DNA of 38,035 bases from assembly GCA_043753125.1 (NCBI GenBank), contig JAYUXG010000610.1, forward strand, positions 1 to 38,035. The letters run 5' to 3'. Below, piece by piece: positions 26,261 to 35,900 of this stretch. The notes beneath the pieces were generated by a model that saw nothing but the letters and a program-made list of their open reading frames with translations, was not told the origin of the DNA and did not search any database. Within the stretch, counting starts at the first letter, position 1. Each line of letters starts with the position of its first letter. A program made the position numbers and the translations under genes. The stretch is from Saprospirales bacterium (lineage in GTDB: Bacteria > Bacteroidota > Bacteroidia > Chitinophagales > Saprospiraceae).

Positions 26261-26343
26261 AACACCGATTCTCTAAATCAAGAATTGCTGTTGTGCCGCA
26301 TTGCCTATTGCCCCTTGTCTATTGCTTGTGCCCTTTGCTTATT
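26222..26343. repeat. second GCAATAG/CTATTGC-type degenerate heptamer element
   Basis: AATAAGC AAATAGGC AATGAGC AAACAAGC AAGCAATAA (26222-26260) faces CATTGC CTATTGC CCCTTGT CTATTGC TTGTGCC CTTTGC TTATT (26299-26343). The ends pair: AATAAGCAAA with TTTGCTTATT. Lies between convergent genes, like the first copy. Confidence 0.6.
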
Positions 26344-26349
26344 ACCCAT

Positions 26350-27282
26350 TCACTTGTCCCAGCACTTGTATTGCAGCGTTTTGGCAAATGCCGGGTCGCG
26401 CACGAGGCGCAGGTAGGTGTCCCGGTTGTGGCGTTCGTTTTGGTTGGCGGACTGTTGCTGAAAGATCAGGTCGGCCAATTTTTCCCAGCCCTGTTCCCCC
26501 GCCAGCGTGGCTACGCACTGGCAGTGTTGTGGCGACTGGTCGGGATGGGTACGCTGCTCTGCTTCGGCAGCCAACTGGACATAGCTTACTATGGTAGAGC
26601 GGGTGGGCTGGTAAAAATCAAGACGATGCACTTGGGGATCGGCGGGCAGATAGCGCAGCGCAAAGGCGTCTTGGTCGCGGAGCGGAAAACCATTGGGCAA
26701 CAGCACTGTACCAGTGTCGGCCACGGCAAACTTGCCGCTGACTTGGGCACCTTCGGCAGTCGTAAAACCATAAAAAACTTTTCGTTGCAGCCCTTCGAAA
26801 ACAACGTACAGGCGAGCGGCGGTTGTCTGGCCTTCTGCTCCAAGCCGATAGGCGTTTTCTTCCGATACCTTACTGAATAAGCTGGTCTTGGTCATTTCCT
26901 TCTGGCGCTGCTGCCGTCCGTACCAAGTCAACCCCGCGAAGACCAAAGCCAAGGCTAGCACAAACCCGCCGACGAACAGTCCCAATTGGCGGTTGTCGCG
27001 GCGTTGGCCAGCCTTTCGATCCCGATTGCGAGGCGTGTCCACCGTTTTGTTTACCAAAAACTGGTAACTAAACCGCCCATCCGGTTCTTTTTGCAGGCTC
27101 AGCTCGCAAAATTCGTCTTCAATGAAAAACGAATACGCACGGGATTCTTTCACCGCAAAATCTAACTGGATAACCCGCAGGTTGCAATGAATAATTAAGT
27201 GGCCGCTGTTGTCGCCATGATACAGCCCGACCTTGTGTCGGCCACCATGGCTATCGAGCAAGACCCAGCCGAGTTGTGCCAT
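26350..27282 (-). CDS. hypothetical single-pass membrane protein
   Basis: 310-aa ORF. Small N-terminal domain, a basic stretch, one TM segment (LGLFVGGFVLALALVFAGLTWY), and a C-terminal beta-rich domain possibly DUF3592-like (weak recollection). Confidence 0.6.
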   Translation of the reverse strand: MAQLGWVLLDSHGGRHKVGLYHGDNSGHLIIHCNLRVIQLDFAVKESRAYSFFIEDEFCELSLQKEPDGRFSYQFLVNKTVDTPRNRDRKAGQRRDNRQLGLFVGGFVLALALVFAGLTWYGRQQRQKEMTKTSLFSKVSEENAYRLGAEGQTTAARLYVVFEGLQRKVFYGFTTAEGAQVSGKFAVADTGTVLLPNGFPLRDQDAFALRYLPADPQVHRLDFYQPTRSTIVSYVQLAAEAEQRTHPDQSPQHCQCVATLAGEQGWEKLADLIFQQQSANQNERHNRDTYLRLVRDPAFAKTLQYKCWDK

Positions 27283-27308
27283 ATCTTTTGAATCAAATAA
27301 ATCTTAGT

Positions 27309-28709
27309 TCATACTTTCTCAAAACGCACCCGAGGATCGGCCCAAGCGTACAGCACATCGCCGAGGAGATTGCCTATTACAGTCAGCACAGCACCAAGCA
27401 TCAGGATGGCCAACAACAGTGGGTAATCCTCATGGGCGTAAGCCTCGACCGTTTTCATGCCCATGCCGGGAAAATTGAACAGGTATTCGACCACAATGGA
27501 GCCAGCAAACAGGGCTGGAAACACGCCTGCAAAGAGCGCGATCATGGGAATCAATGAGTTGCGAAAAGCGTGGTACCCGTATATTTTGCGTTCGTCCAAC
27601 CCTTTGGCGCGGGCCGTGCGGATAAAATCCTGGGTCATTACCTCTCGGATGCTGCCCCGCAGCTGCAAGGCGATCAGTGCCAGTGCGTGCAGTGTAAGCG
27701 TCAAGATGGGCAAGATAAATTTCTCCGCATTTTCGGCCGCCCACCAGAGAAACGGTCCTTCATTGGGGTCGTAAGGGGCTAAATTAATACCGTCGATCAA
27801 GTGCAAAGCCGTAAATGGAGTGCCGACCAGTAGGAGCAGCAACCCGCCCAACCAAAAGCCCGGCATGGAGTGCAGGAGCAGCAAAACCCAGCGATTCAGC
27901 CGATCAAAGCGTCCACCCCGGCGGGCCATTGCAATGCCCAGTGGAATGGCGATGCGAAAGGCCAAGAAAAGGGCTATCCCATTGATAAACAAGGTGGTAA
28001 GCAAGGGAAAGCGCATACTTGCCCACACTGGACGCTTCGAGAAAGTAGAACGACCGAGGTCGCCATGCAAAAAGGCACTTGCCCAGCGGTGGTACTGGTT
28101 GTTAAAACCATGCCACTGCAAGGCCGGTATCCACTGCTTCCCGGTGTGCAGCTCAGTCTGTAGCACTTGGGCCGCCTGCGTCAAAGTGACCAGGCTATTT
28201 TGGCAAGTGGCAGAAACTTGCATCTGTTCGCCCAATTGTTCCGCCGTCTTGGCGAACGAGTGTATCGCCTCCAATCGCTGCGCCTGCCGTACATTGGACA
28301 AAACGACCCGCAACAGGCCTACTTCGGGGGATACCTCTAGTGCAACCGCCTCTTCCGCGTTAAACAGGGCCGCTTCGTACTGTTGCACGGCTGACCAATT
28401 GCCGCTCTGGTCCAGCAGTTGCAGCAAGCTTTCGCGGCGCGTATAAGGAAAAATGCGATCCAGAGTGTCCGGTCGGTCGGCGGTCGTCAACGCAAAATAA
28501 AAGACCGGCAAATCCAGGTGGCGCGCTTGTGCCCGGCGGGTGATCTGGGCTACTTGCTGCCGATAGCTGACCGTATGCTCGCCATGACTGATATCTGGGA
28601 CCAGCTCTGTATCGGTAGGGGCGTACTTGACCAGGCCAAAGGTGAGCATCGAGAGCAGCAGCAGCGTAAAAATGGCAAAAGCCAAACGACGAAGTAAGTA
28701 GTTGGTCAT
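27309..28709 (-). CDS. ABC transporter permease, DppB/OppB-type, with an enlarged first extracytoplasmic loop
   Basis: N-terminus MTNYLLRRLAFAIFTLLLLS. EAA-loop region FIRTARAKGLDERKIYGYHAFRNSLIPMI. About 200 aa between TM1 and TM2. The start codon overlaps the upstream stop (ATGA at 28706-28709). Confidence 0.75.
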   Translation of the reverse strand: MTNYLLRRLAFAIFTLLLLSMLTFGLVKYAPTDTELVPDISHGEHTVSYRQQVAQITRRAQARHLDLPVFYFALTTADRPDTLDRIFPYTRRESLLQLLDQSGNWSAVQQYEAALFNAEEAVALEVSPEVGLLRVVLSNVRQAQRLEAIHSFAKTAEQLGEQMQVSATCQNSLVTLTQAAQVLQTELHTGKQWIPALQWHGFNNQYHRWASAFLHGDLGRSTFSKRPVWASMRFPLLTTLFINGIALFLAFRIAIPLGIAMARRGGRFDRLNRWVLLLLHSMPGFWLGGLLLLLVGTPFTALHLIDGINLAPYDPNEGPFLWWAAENAEKFILPILTLTLHALALIALQLRGSIREVMTQDFIRTARAKGLDERKIYGYHAFRNSLIPMIALFAGVFPALFAGSIVVEYLFNFPGMGMKTVEAYAHEDYPLLLAILMLGAVLTVIGNLLGDVLYAWADPRVRFEKV

Positions 28710-31700
28710 GATCCGGGGTCCTCCTTTTCCAGTTCCTCGATCCGCACCTGGTAGAGGTACTGGGGGGTGCGTGCGTACATACTGCGGTAGAGCGAGAGGG
28801 CACGTTGCCGATGCGCCGCTGTCTGTTCCACTACCTGGCGCAGCTCGAAATGTACGGCCGCTTCTTCCCGCTCCGTGCGGGCCAGGGCCAGCAGCTGTTG
28901 CAGTTGACGGGCCGCTTCGAGCCGATTGCCTTCAGCAATGATGACCTGGGCACGCAAAATATTCGAGCTAAAGGTCAAGTCCGCGTTGCCTAATGCCAAC
29001 GCGATGTCACGGCCTTCTTCGAGCAATTGGCGGGCCACGGACAGTTCGCTGACGTGGATATGCACCAGGCCCTTTTCCACCAGCGAATAGCCAAGCACCA
29101 GCTTGTTGCCCATAGCCCGGGCGTGTTCGATGGCTTCATTGTAAAACCGAATGCTGCGCATATAATCTCCCTTGTAAAACCAGGTATCGCCCAGCGTATT
29201 CAGGGCCTTGGCTATACCTTTCTTGTAGTTCAAGGTCTTGCTGAGGGTCAGGTTTTGTTCCAAAAAGTCGATGGCGCGGTCAAACTCGCCGATCACGGAA
29301 AGCAGATCACCGATGAGACCACAGGCAATGGCCAGGCCTTGTTTGTCGCCCAGTTCGCGCACGAGCAGCAGGTCGCGATCAAAGTTTTGCATCGCCTTGG
29401 TATAGTCGCCTTTCTTTTCCCACACGGAACCAATACTGCCGATACAAATCGTCATCAATAATTTGTTGCCCAGTTCCTCGGAGAGGGCCAAACCCTTCTC
29501 GAGGCAGAGCAGGGCACTATCCAGGCTGTTTTTCTCCAAATAAATAATGCCCAGGTTAGTATACAGTGTGGTTAGCCCCTGCTTGTCGCTCGCCCGTTCG
29601 GCGATGTCGAGCTGGCTTTCCATCCACCGGATACCCTCGTCGTAGTTGCCCTGGTTCATGAAGGTCAGGCCCAGATTGGCCACGATGGTCGCGTTTTCGG
29701 ATTCCCGATGGATGGAACGGTTGATTTCGATGGCCTTTGCAAACCAGCTCTTGGCCGCCATATAATTGCTTTGCCGGAAGAAAAAGGTGCCCAGATTCCC
29801 GTAGGTCTTGGCCGTGCCGATCTGGTCGTTGGCCAGATCGAAGCAGGTGATCGCCACGTCCAGGTGTTTTTTGGCATCCGTGTAGTTGCCGCGGAGCATC
29901 AGCAACTGGCCCAACCGCCGGTTGGCCCGACCGATCAGGTACCAGTCGTTGAGGACTTTGGCGCGTTCCAACGCCGGGCGGTAGTCCGCCTCGCTCTCGT
30001 CCCATTGGCCCACCAGCTCATGCACCGCACCCTTACGCAACAGGAACTTGATGACTTTCTTGTTCTTTTTACCCTTGCTGTCCAGGTTTTGGATGAGCTG
30101 CTCATAAAATTTGAGGGCCTGCCGATTCTGAAAATTGCGCTGGGCATAGCGGGCGGCTTTTTCCAGGTACTTATTAGTGTTGCGCTTGTCCTCCGCCTCC
30201 GAAAAGTGAAAGGCCAAATCCACGTAACGCTCTTCGGAATTGGGATACAGTTGCTCGATGGCCTCGGCGATGAGCTGGTGCAGCTCCCGCAACCGGGTGC
30301 GCAGCTGCATATCGTAGGCCGCCTCGCGGAGCAGTGAGTGCCGGAATATGTAGCGCAGCTCGTTCATCGCGTACCATACCTGCCACTTTTCGGCAGTCTG
30401 GATTTGCTCCCGCAACACCATCTCGAGGTCACCATTGCGCAGCGCAAACTCCTCTTGACGGGCCATCACCGCGCTCAATACCGGCAGTTCAAACTCCCGC
30501 CCGATTACCGCTGCCGCTTTTACCGTTTCCTTCACCAACCCGCTCAACCGATCAATGCGGGCCATCATGATTTGCTTTACCGAATCGCTGATCTGGATAT
30601 CTTCATTGTGTAATTGGAACACGCCATCCGTGCTTTTTAGCAAATTGGCCTCTTGAAAATAATCGGCCATCTGCTCAATGTAAAACGGATTGCCCTGGGT
30701 CATGCGTTGCAGCAACTCCAGCAGGTCCGGGTGCAGTTCGCCGCCCAGTCGGGTTTGGGCAAAAGCCTTTAAATCATCGGGTTGCAAAAAATTCAAATCC
30801 AGTTCCATCGTTGGCACACCCAATTCTCCCAACACGGAAGGCCGCACAATATGAGCGCGGTTGCCGTCGTCCTCGTAGCGGCTGCTGGCCAAAAACAGCA
30901 GCGGATAGCCCCGTGCCCGGCGGATAAACTGGGCCATGAACTCCCGCGACATATCGTCGAACCAATGCGCATCTTCCAGTTCAATCACGGCGGGCTGGAG
31001 CAGTGATTCGGCCACGAATACGTTGGCCATGGCCGCCAGCCCGTTCTGGTAGCGTCCGCGCGCATCCAGCTGCTCCCATAGCGAGCCGGGCATGGAGATG
31101 CCCACCATCGCCGCCAGTACGCTTTTCGTCCGGGCGATCTCCCGGCGCACTGCTTCCGCCTCCGGGTGGCGATTGTCAGTCAGGTCGTTTTGCAGCTCCG
31201 TGAAGTTGTTCTCGAACAGCTCCCGGTTGCGGTCGGCACTGTTCTCCGGGCTTTGGTCAAAATAATTTTTCAGAAAGTAAATAAAGGGGTTGAACGGCTT
31301 GCGCAAAATCTGATCGCTCTGGCAGGTAAACCAGCTGACGGTCATGGATTCGCGCAGGCGGCGGCGGAACTCGTAGCTCAACCGGCTTTTACCAATCCCG
31401 GCTTCGCCAAATATGAAGGCTACGCCCGCAAACTCGCCGAATCGCAATGGAGATGTGAAAGCATACAACGCGTCCTGTTCTGCCTGGCGGCCTACGTACC
31501 CGCCGATGTAACTGGCCCGGCCCGCCAGACTGCGGCCCGCCAGCGTATAAGTGGGAATGTGCTGCTCAAAACCTTTGTACTGCGCCTCACCCCGGAAGAT
31601 GAACTTGAAGTTGCGGTTGCGCTGCACGTTCTCGTCGGCCATCACTTCGCCCCAAGCTGCCTTCATCATCAGCCGGGCACCGAGGTTGACCCGTGCGCCC

Positions 31701-32803
31701 ACCGCTGCATATTGGCAGCGTTCGTCGCTGCCGATCACCCCCGTGAACGCCGTCCCGGCGGTTATGCCAATACGGTAACGCGCGCCGGTCAGGTTTTCCA
31801 GGTCGCGCAGGTCATCCTGTACCGAGGCAATGAATTCGAGGGCGCGTTCGGTATTGTTCTCAAAGGAAATGGGCGCACCGAACAGGCAGAACATGATGCC
31901 GCCCTTGTCGCCAAAGTCGATTTCTTTCAAATAACCCCCAAAATTGTCTACTTGCTCTAGTACGGCGGAGGCAAAATGGTCGAGGGCGGAGTGCGTGTCC
32001 ACCCCGGCAAACGACAGGAACACGCTGACCACGTTGCGGAATTCGCCCTTGTTGTTCTCCGTGAACACTTCTCTAGGCAGAAATTCGGCCATGATCGCCG
32101 GGTCGGGCAGCGGCAGGTGAACAGGGTTGTCGCGAATATCTTTGGCATCGCTCCAATCGCTCGGGGCCATGCTGCCGGAAAGCGGCTCGCGAATGCGCAG
32201 GTAGCCGTCGCCCAAGTCCTCGGCGGTCAGCCCCAACGGGTACAGGTAAGCGGCGAAGCGTTCGTCGCAGACCATTTCGAGGCTATTGGCCCGCACTTGA
32301 GCCTGCGAACAACCTTCGATCGGCAGGCCCCGGAAGTAGTACGCCTTGCGCTGATTGCCCACAATGCCCCATTCCACTTCGCCCTCGGACAGGCCGATTT
32401 TGATCCCAATGTGGTGTTCACCGAGCAGGGAATCCTCTTCCTCCTGCGCTCGCACGAAGCGGTGCAAAGTGGATTGGGCCGCGTGGAGGACTTTGCCCGC
32501 GATCGCCACGGCTTCGGTATTGGCAGCTCCGCCATGACCATTGGGAAAGATGGCGGTGAAACTATCGCCCGCGAAGTAGGGAATGAAGCCGCCCTGCCGA
32601 TAGACCAGGGCTACGGTCGGCTGAAAAATATGGTTGAGCACGTACGACAGTTCCTCCGCCCCTTCCGGCCCCTTGCGCATGAGCGTTTCGGTCAGGCGGG
32701 TGAATCCGCTGAGGTCAACGAACATCGTGTAGGCGTGGAGCCGACCCTCGTGCAGGCCGTGGCGATGATTTTCCTGGATAAAATGTGGCAGGAAGTGTTT
32801 CAA
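28706..32803 (-). CDS. tandem class III nucleotidyl-cyclase domains + STAND/AAA P-loop NTPase + TPR array
   Basis: CHD1: FVDLSGFT ... YFAGDSFTAIF. CHD2: GDKGGIMFCLFGAP ... AAVGARVNLGARLM. Walker A: FIFGEAGIGKSRL. The C-terminal ~470 aa are repeated 40-aa TPR-like units (YxNLGxxYxxxGxYxxAxxxxxxxL). Confidence 0.85.
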   Translation of the reverse strand: MKHFLPHFIQENHRHGLHEGRLHAYTMFVDLSGFTRLTETLMRKGPEGAEELSYVLNHIFQPTVALVYRQGGFIPYFAGDSFTAIFPNGHGGAANTEAVAIAGKVLHAAQSTLHRFVRAQEEEDSLLGEHHIGIKIGLSEGEVEWGIVGNQRKAYYFRGLPIEGCSQAQVRANSLEMVCDERFAAYLYPLGLTAEDLGDGYLRIREPLSGSMAPSDWSDAKDIRDNPVHLPLPDPAIMAEFLPREVFTENNKGEFRNVVSVFLSFAGVDTHSALDHFASAVLEQVDNFGGYLKEIDFGDKGGIMFCLFGAPISFENNTERALEFIASVQDDLRDLENLTGARYRIGITAGTAFTGVIGSDERCQYAAVGARVNLGARLMMKAAWGEVMADENVQRNRNFKFIFRGEAQYKGFEQHIPTYTLAGRSLAGRASYIGGYVGRQAEQDALYAFTSPLRFGEFAGVAFIFGEAGIGKSRLSYEFRRRLRESMTVSWFTCQSDQILRKPFNPFIYFLKNYFDQSPENSADRNRELFENNFTELQNDLTDNRHPEAEAVRREIARTKSVLAAMVGISMPGSLWEQLDARGRYQNGLAAMANVFVAESLLQPAVIELEDAHWFDDMSREFMAQFIRRARGYPLLFLASSRYEDDGNRAHIVRPSVLGELGVPTMELDLNFLQPDDLKAFAQTRLGGELHPDLLELLQRMTQGNPFYIEQMADYFQEANLLKSTDGVFQLHNEDIQISDSVKQIMMARIDRLSGLVKETVKAAAVIGREFELPVLSAVMARQEEFALRNGDLEMVLREQIQTAEKWQVWYAMNELRYIFRHSLLREAAYDMQLRTRLRELHQLIAEAIEQLYPNSEERYVDLAFHFSEAEDKRNTNKYLEKAARYAQRNFQNRQALKFYEQLIQNLDSKGKKNKKVIKFLLRKGAVHELVGQWDESEADYRPALERAKVLNDWYLIGRANRRLGQLLMLRGNYTDAKKHLDVAITCFDLANDQIGTAKTYGNLGTFFFRQSNYMAAKSWFAKAIEINRSIHRESENATIVANLGLTFMNQGNYDEGIRWMESQLDIAERASDKQGLTTLYTNLGIIYLEKNSLDSALLCLEKGLALSEELGNKLLMTICIGSIGSVWEKKGDYTKAMQNFDRDLLLVRELGDKQGLAIACGLIGDLLSVIGEFDRAIDFLEQNLTLSKTLNYKKGIAKALNTLGDTWFYKGDYMRSIRFYNEAIEHARAMGNKLVLGYSLVEKGLVHIHVSELSVARQLLEEGRDIALALGNADLTFSSNILRAQVIIAEGNRLEAARQLQQLLALARTEREEAAVHFELRQVVEQTAAHRQRALSLYRSMYARTPQYLYQVRIEELEKEDPGS

Positions 32804-32855
32804 ATCAGCAGGCGGTGTTGATGCGCGGTGAAGTTACGATGATTTTTTATTCGCC

Positions 32856-32895
32856 GGAACACAAAAACGGCGGCACTCTTTGGAATGCCGCCGTT
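32856..32895 (-). terminator. rho-independent terminator of the giant surface-protein gene
   Basis: AACGGCGGCA (32866-32875) pairs with TGCCGCCGTT (32886-32895), a perfect 10-bp stem with a 10-nt loop. On the minus strand the stem is followed by TTTTTGTGTT. Lies 31 nt after the stop at 32926. Confidence 0.75.
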
Positions 32896-32925
32896 GTAAA
32901 GGCAGAGAAACCCATTACGAGCCTT

Positions 32926-35900
32926 TCAATTCTTTACCACTTTCTGCGCCCACTCTATCCCCTGCGAGTTGGTTATCCGGATGATATAAATACCAGGTTG
33001 CATGGGCAAGATATTTTTGACCCGATATTCGTTGACTCCGGTTTCGGCCTTTTCCTGTTGTTGCACTACCAAATTGCCGAGTACATCGAATACCCTAATC
33101 AAATACTCGTTTGGGAGGGAGGAAAGCTTACGAACCATTAATTCGCCACTAAACGGGTTGGGGTACACCTCTGGAGGCATTTCCCGGTTGGCATTTGCGC
33201 CCCTCGGTGCGGACGTTCCGAACGCGGCAAGTTCTTCTTCCAACAGATAGCCCATATATGCTTTGGTGGTAAGTGGATCTGCGTTATTGCCCAAACGGAT
33301 GTAAGTGCTGTGGCCCAATTGACGTTTTGTCGTGAGGCCGGCATATTCACCCCCGAAATACAAGATGGAGCTGTTGAAAAAACACTTTTTCACGACTTCA
33401 TCATCCGGCGAGCCATAGGTCTTTATCGCCTCGTAAATTCCATTTTTATTGATTTTACCCAACAAAATATCTTTCCCGCCTCCGCTCACCAATACCTGAC
33501 CATCCATGTTAAGGCTTCCGGTGAACGTCATGGCCAAATAGACATCGTATTCCCCATCATAAGTTACATCCACCTCGCCTTCTATCACCGGCAGGATAAT
33601 CTTCTTCACCCACAGCAACGCGCCATTCTTATCCAACGTGAGCAAGACCAGCCCATCCGTGGACAGTGTATAAGCCGTGCTCTTGTAATTGACCGAGCCA
33701 ATACCCTGGAACAAGTACGTGGTCCGGGAATAGTCATCCGGGCTTATTGATTTGACGAACCGTACTGTCCCCGAAGTGGAGAGACTGGAAACCGCCAACT
33801 GTAGCGGGTTTTGGTCGGCCAATTGAAAGGTGAACATTCCGCCAGCATTCAACGCCAATTGGCCTTGTCCGTTTAGAGAAACCCAAGTCGAATTGCTCGT
33901 ACCAGAGACCAAAAAATTGCCGTCCCCAGCGCGGACTTCCAGCTTAGAGTCTGCCTTGACATTTTGAATCGTTTGCAGGTTGGTGATCACCCCGTCGAGG
34001 CCGACCACAGCGATAAACCCGGCCAATGTTGATGAGGTTTGCATAGTAACAGCATCAAAGTTCAGGTTGCCGCGAAAGGTGCCGGTCACGACGATCTGAC
34101 CATCCGATTGTGCCATCGCAGCAACCATCAACAGGTCATTGGACGAAAACACGTGTTCCCAAGTATTCTGCGGAGTCTCACAATGCAGGGAGATCTTGTT
34201 GGCATCTATTTTTTCCATATACACCAGCGTCTCGGTATCCCAATTATCTTCATAAAACAAGAAGTCGGGTGCCTTTTGGCGACTTTCGAAGCGCATCTTG
34301 TAAGTATAGTCCAAGGTGCTGGTCTTTCCATCAGCCGATTGAAGCAGGCCTTTAGGGTTGGAAGCACCTTCGCTACGCACGAAACCGAAATTTTTTAAGA
34401 AATCGCTTGCGCCGTTGGCTGGATTAAAGACGTGGGTAGATTCGCCGCCCGGGGAGGACAAATTATACGTCTTGTCATATATTTCATCAATAGGGATGGG
34501 AAACAGCAATTCTTCACCTTCATAATTTGGGCAGACGATTACATCGGGTTCATCTTCATACTGTTGCAATTGGCATCCAGAAACAACGCCAGGTTCAGCG
34601 GATAAAGGGTCTGAGCAAGCGACAGTTTCGATGTCAGTGACTGATATCACCTCAAAGTTGAACCTACAGTAAGTGACAAACATACAACGCACCTTATATC
34701 CGTTTGGATCATTGCTGTTGTAAAGATCGGTCAATTTTTTGACCAATTTTCCCAAATCGCTGAACTCAAAATCAGGGTGCGCAGCTTTCATTTGATCGTA
34801 CCAATAAATCAACTGGAGCGCATTGTACCGTCTGGCCTCACAGTCGAGATTAAAATTGGAAAGGTCTATGCCTTCGGGCAATTTACCGCAGAGAATTTCG
34901 TCATAGAAGAGTCCACAGTCCAGCTTGACACAGTTATCGGTCCACGGCGTGATGGTTCCATCGCCGTGTATCGGCAATGGTGTAAAAGTGATTTCGAGGG
35001 TGGCTTCGCAATATTTTACCTTGTCGCAGTTATCTAGATTTTTCGAGTTGAACAGATTTATTAGTTGCTCAATATAATCGTCAGGGTATAAGTTGCCTTG
35101 CAAAGCAGTATTCAGCATCATCCCATATTCCAAGGCCCGCACCGTTTTCTTGTTCATTTCTATCCATCCTACGCTTTGAGTGCCACAAAACCTTTCCACT
35201 GCACAGGGATGGTTAGTAGCGTTTCCAAAGTCGAACCCAGGGGTCTCTTTCAGTCCTTCTTCCTCAATAAGCTCTCCATGGCAATATAGGTCATATACAC
35301 AAGAAGTGCCATCAAAATGGTTGAATTTCCGGCTCAAGTCAGCAATTGCAAGCCGCACTACAAAATGCTCCACACATTGACCAATACGTATTTCAACATG
35401 ATAACTTATGTTGCCAGACAATTGCCCGATGGTCACTGCAAAATTCGACTGCGTACTAATTGGCCCCACCTGGATGCTCTCGTTGAATACCTGCACCTTT
35501 TCGTTCAGGGGATTGAATATCGCATAGGTCACGCTGCCGCTTTGCCCGATGCCGGAACAAACGTTCACCCGCCCGGTTTCCACCGCCTCTATGTTTTGTA
35601 GGTGGACGCATTGGGCGACCTGACAGCCCCGGGCATCGGTCACCGTGACGCAATAGTCATTCGTATTGACATCGGTCAATTCGCTGGCCACCGCTCCATT
35701 GCTCCAGGCGTAACTGTAAGGCGGGTTCCCGTTGGAGACCACTACGTACACCTTGCCCTTGCCCCGGCAGCCAGATACAGCCTGGAGCAACTTGATTTCC
35801 AACGGCTTGAGCACGATGTTCTTAAAAACCGAGGCACCACAGTAGTCGGTCACTGTCACTGTGTACGTGCCCTCTCCTAATCCGGCCTGGTCCTCCTGGT

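Noticed and set aside
28706-32803. Pycsar/CBASS-like cyclic-nucleotide defence system
   Set aside because: The cyclase domains are class III, embedded in a 1365-aa STAND/TPR protein rather than a small stand-alone cyclase. I could not see a cNMP-binding, TIR, patatin or nuclease effector in the downstream genes. This is kept only as a speculative analogy in the findings.
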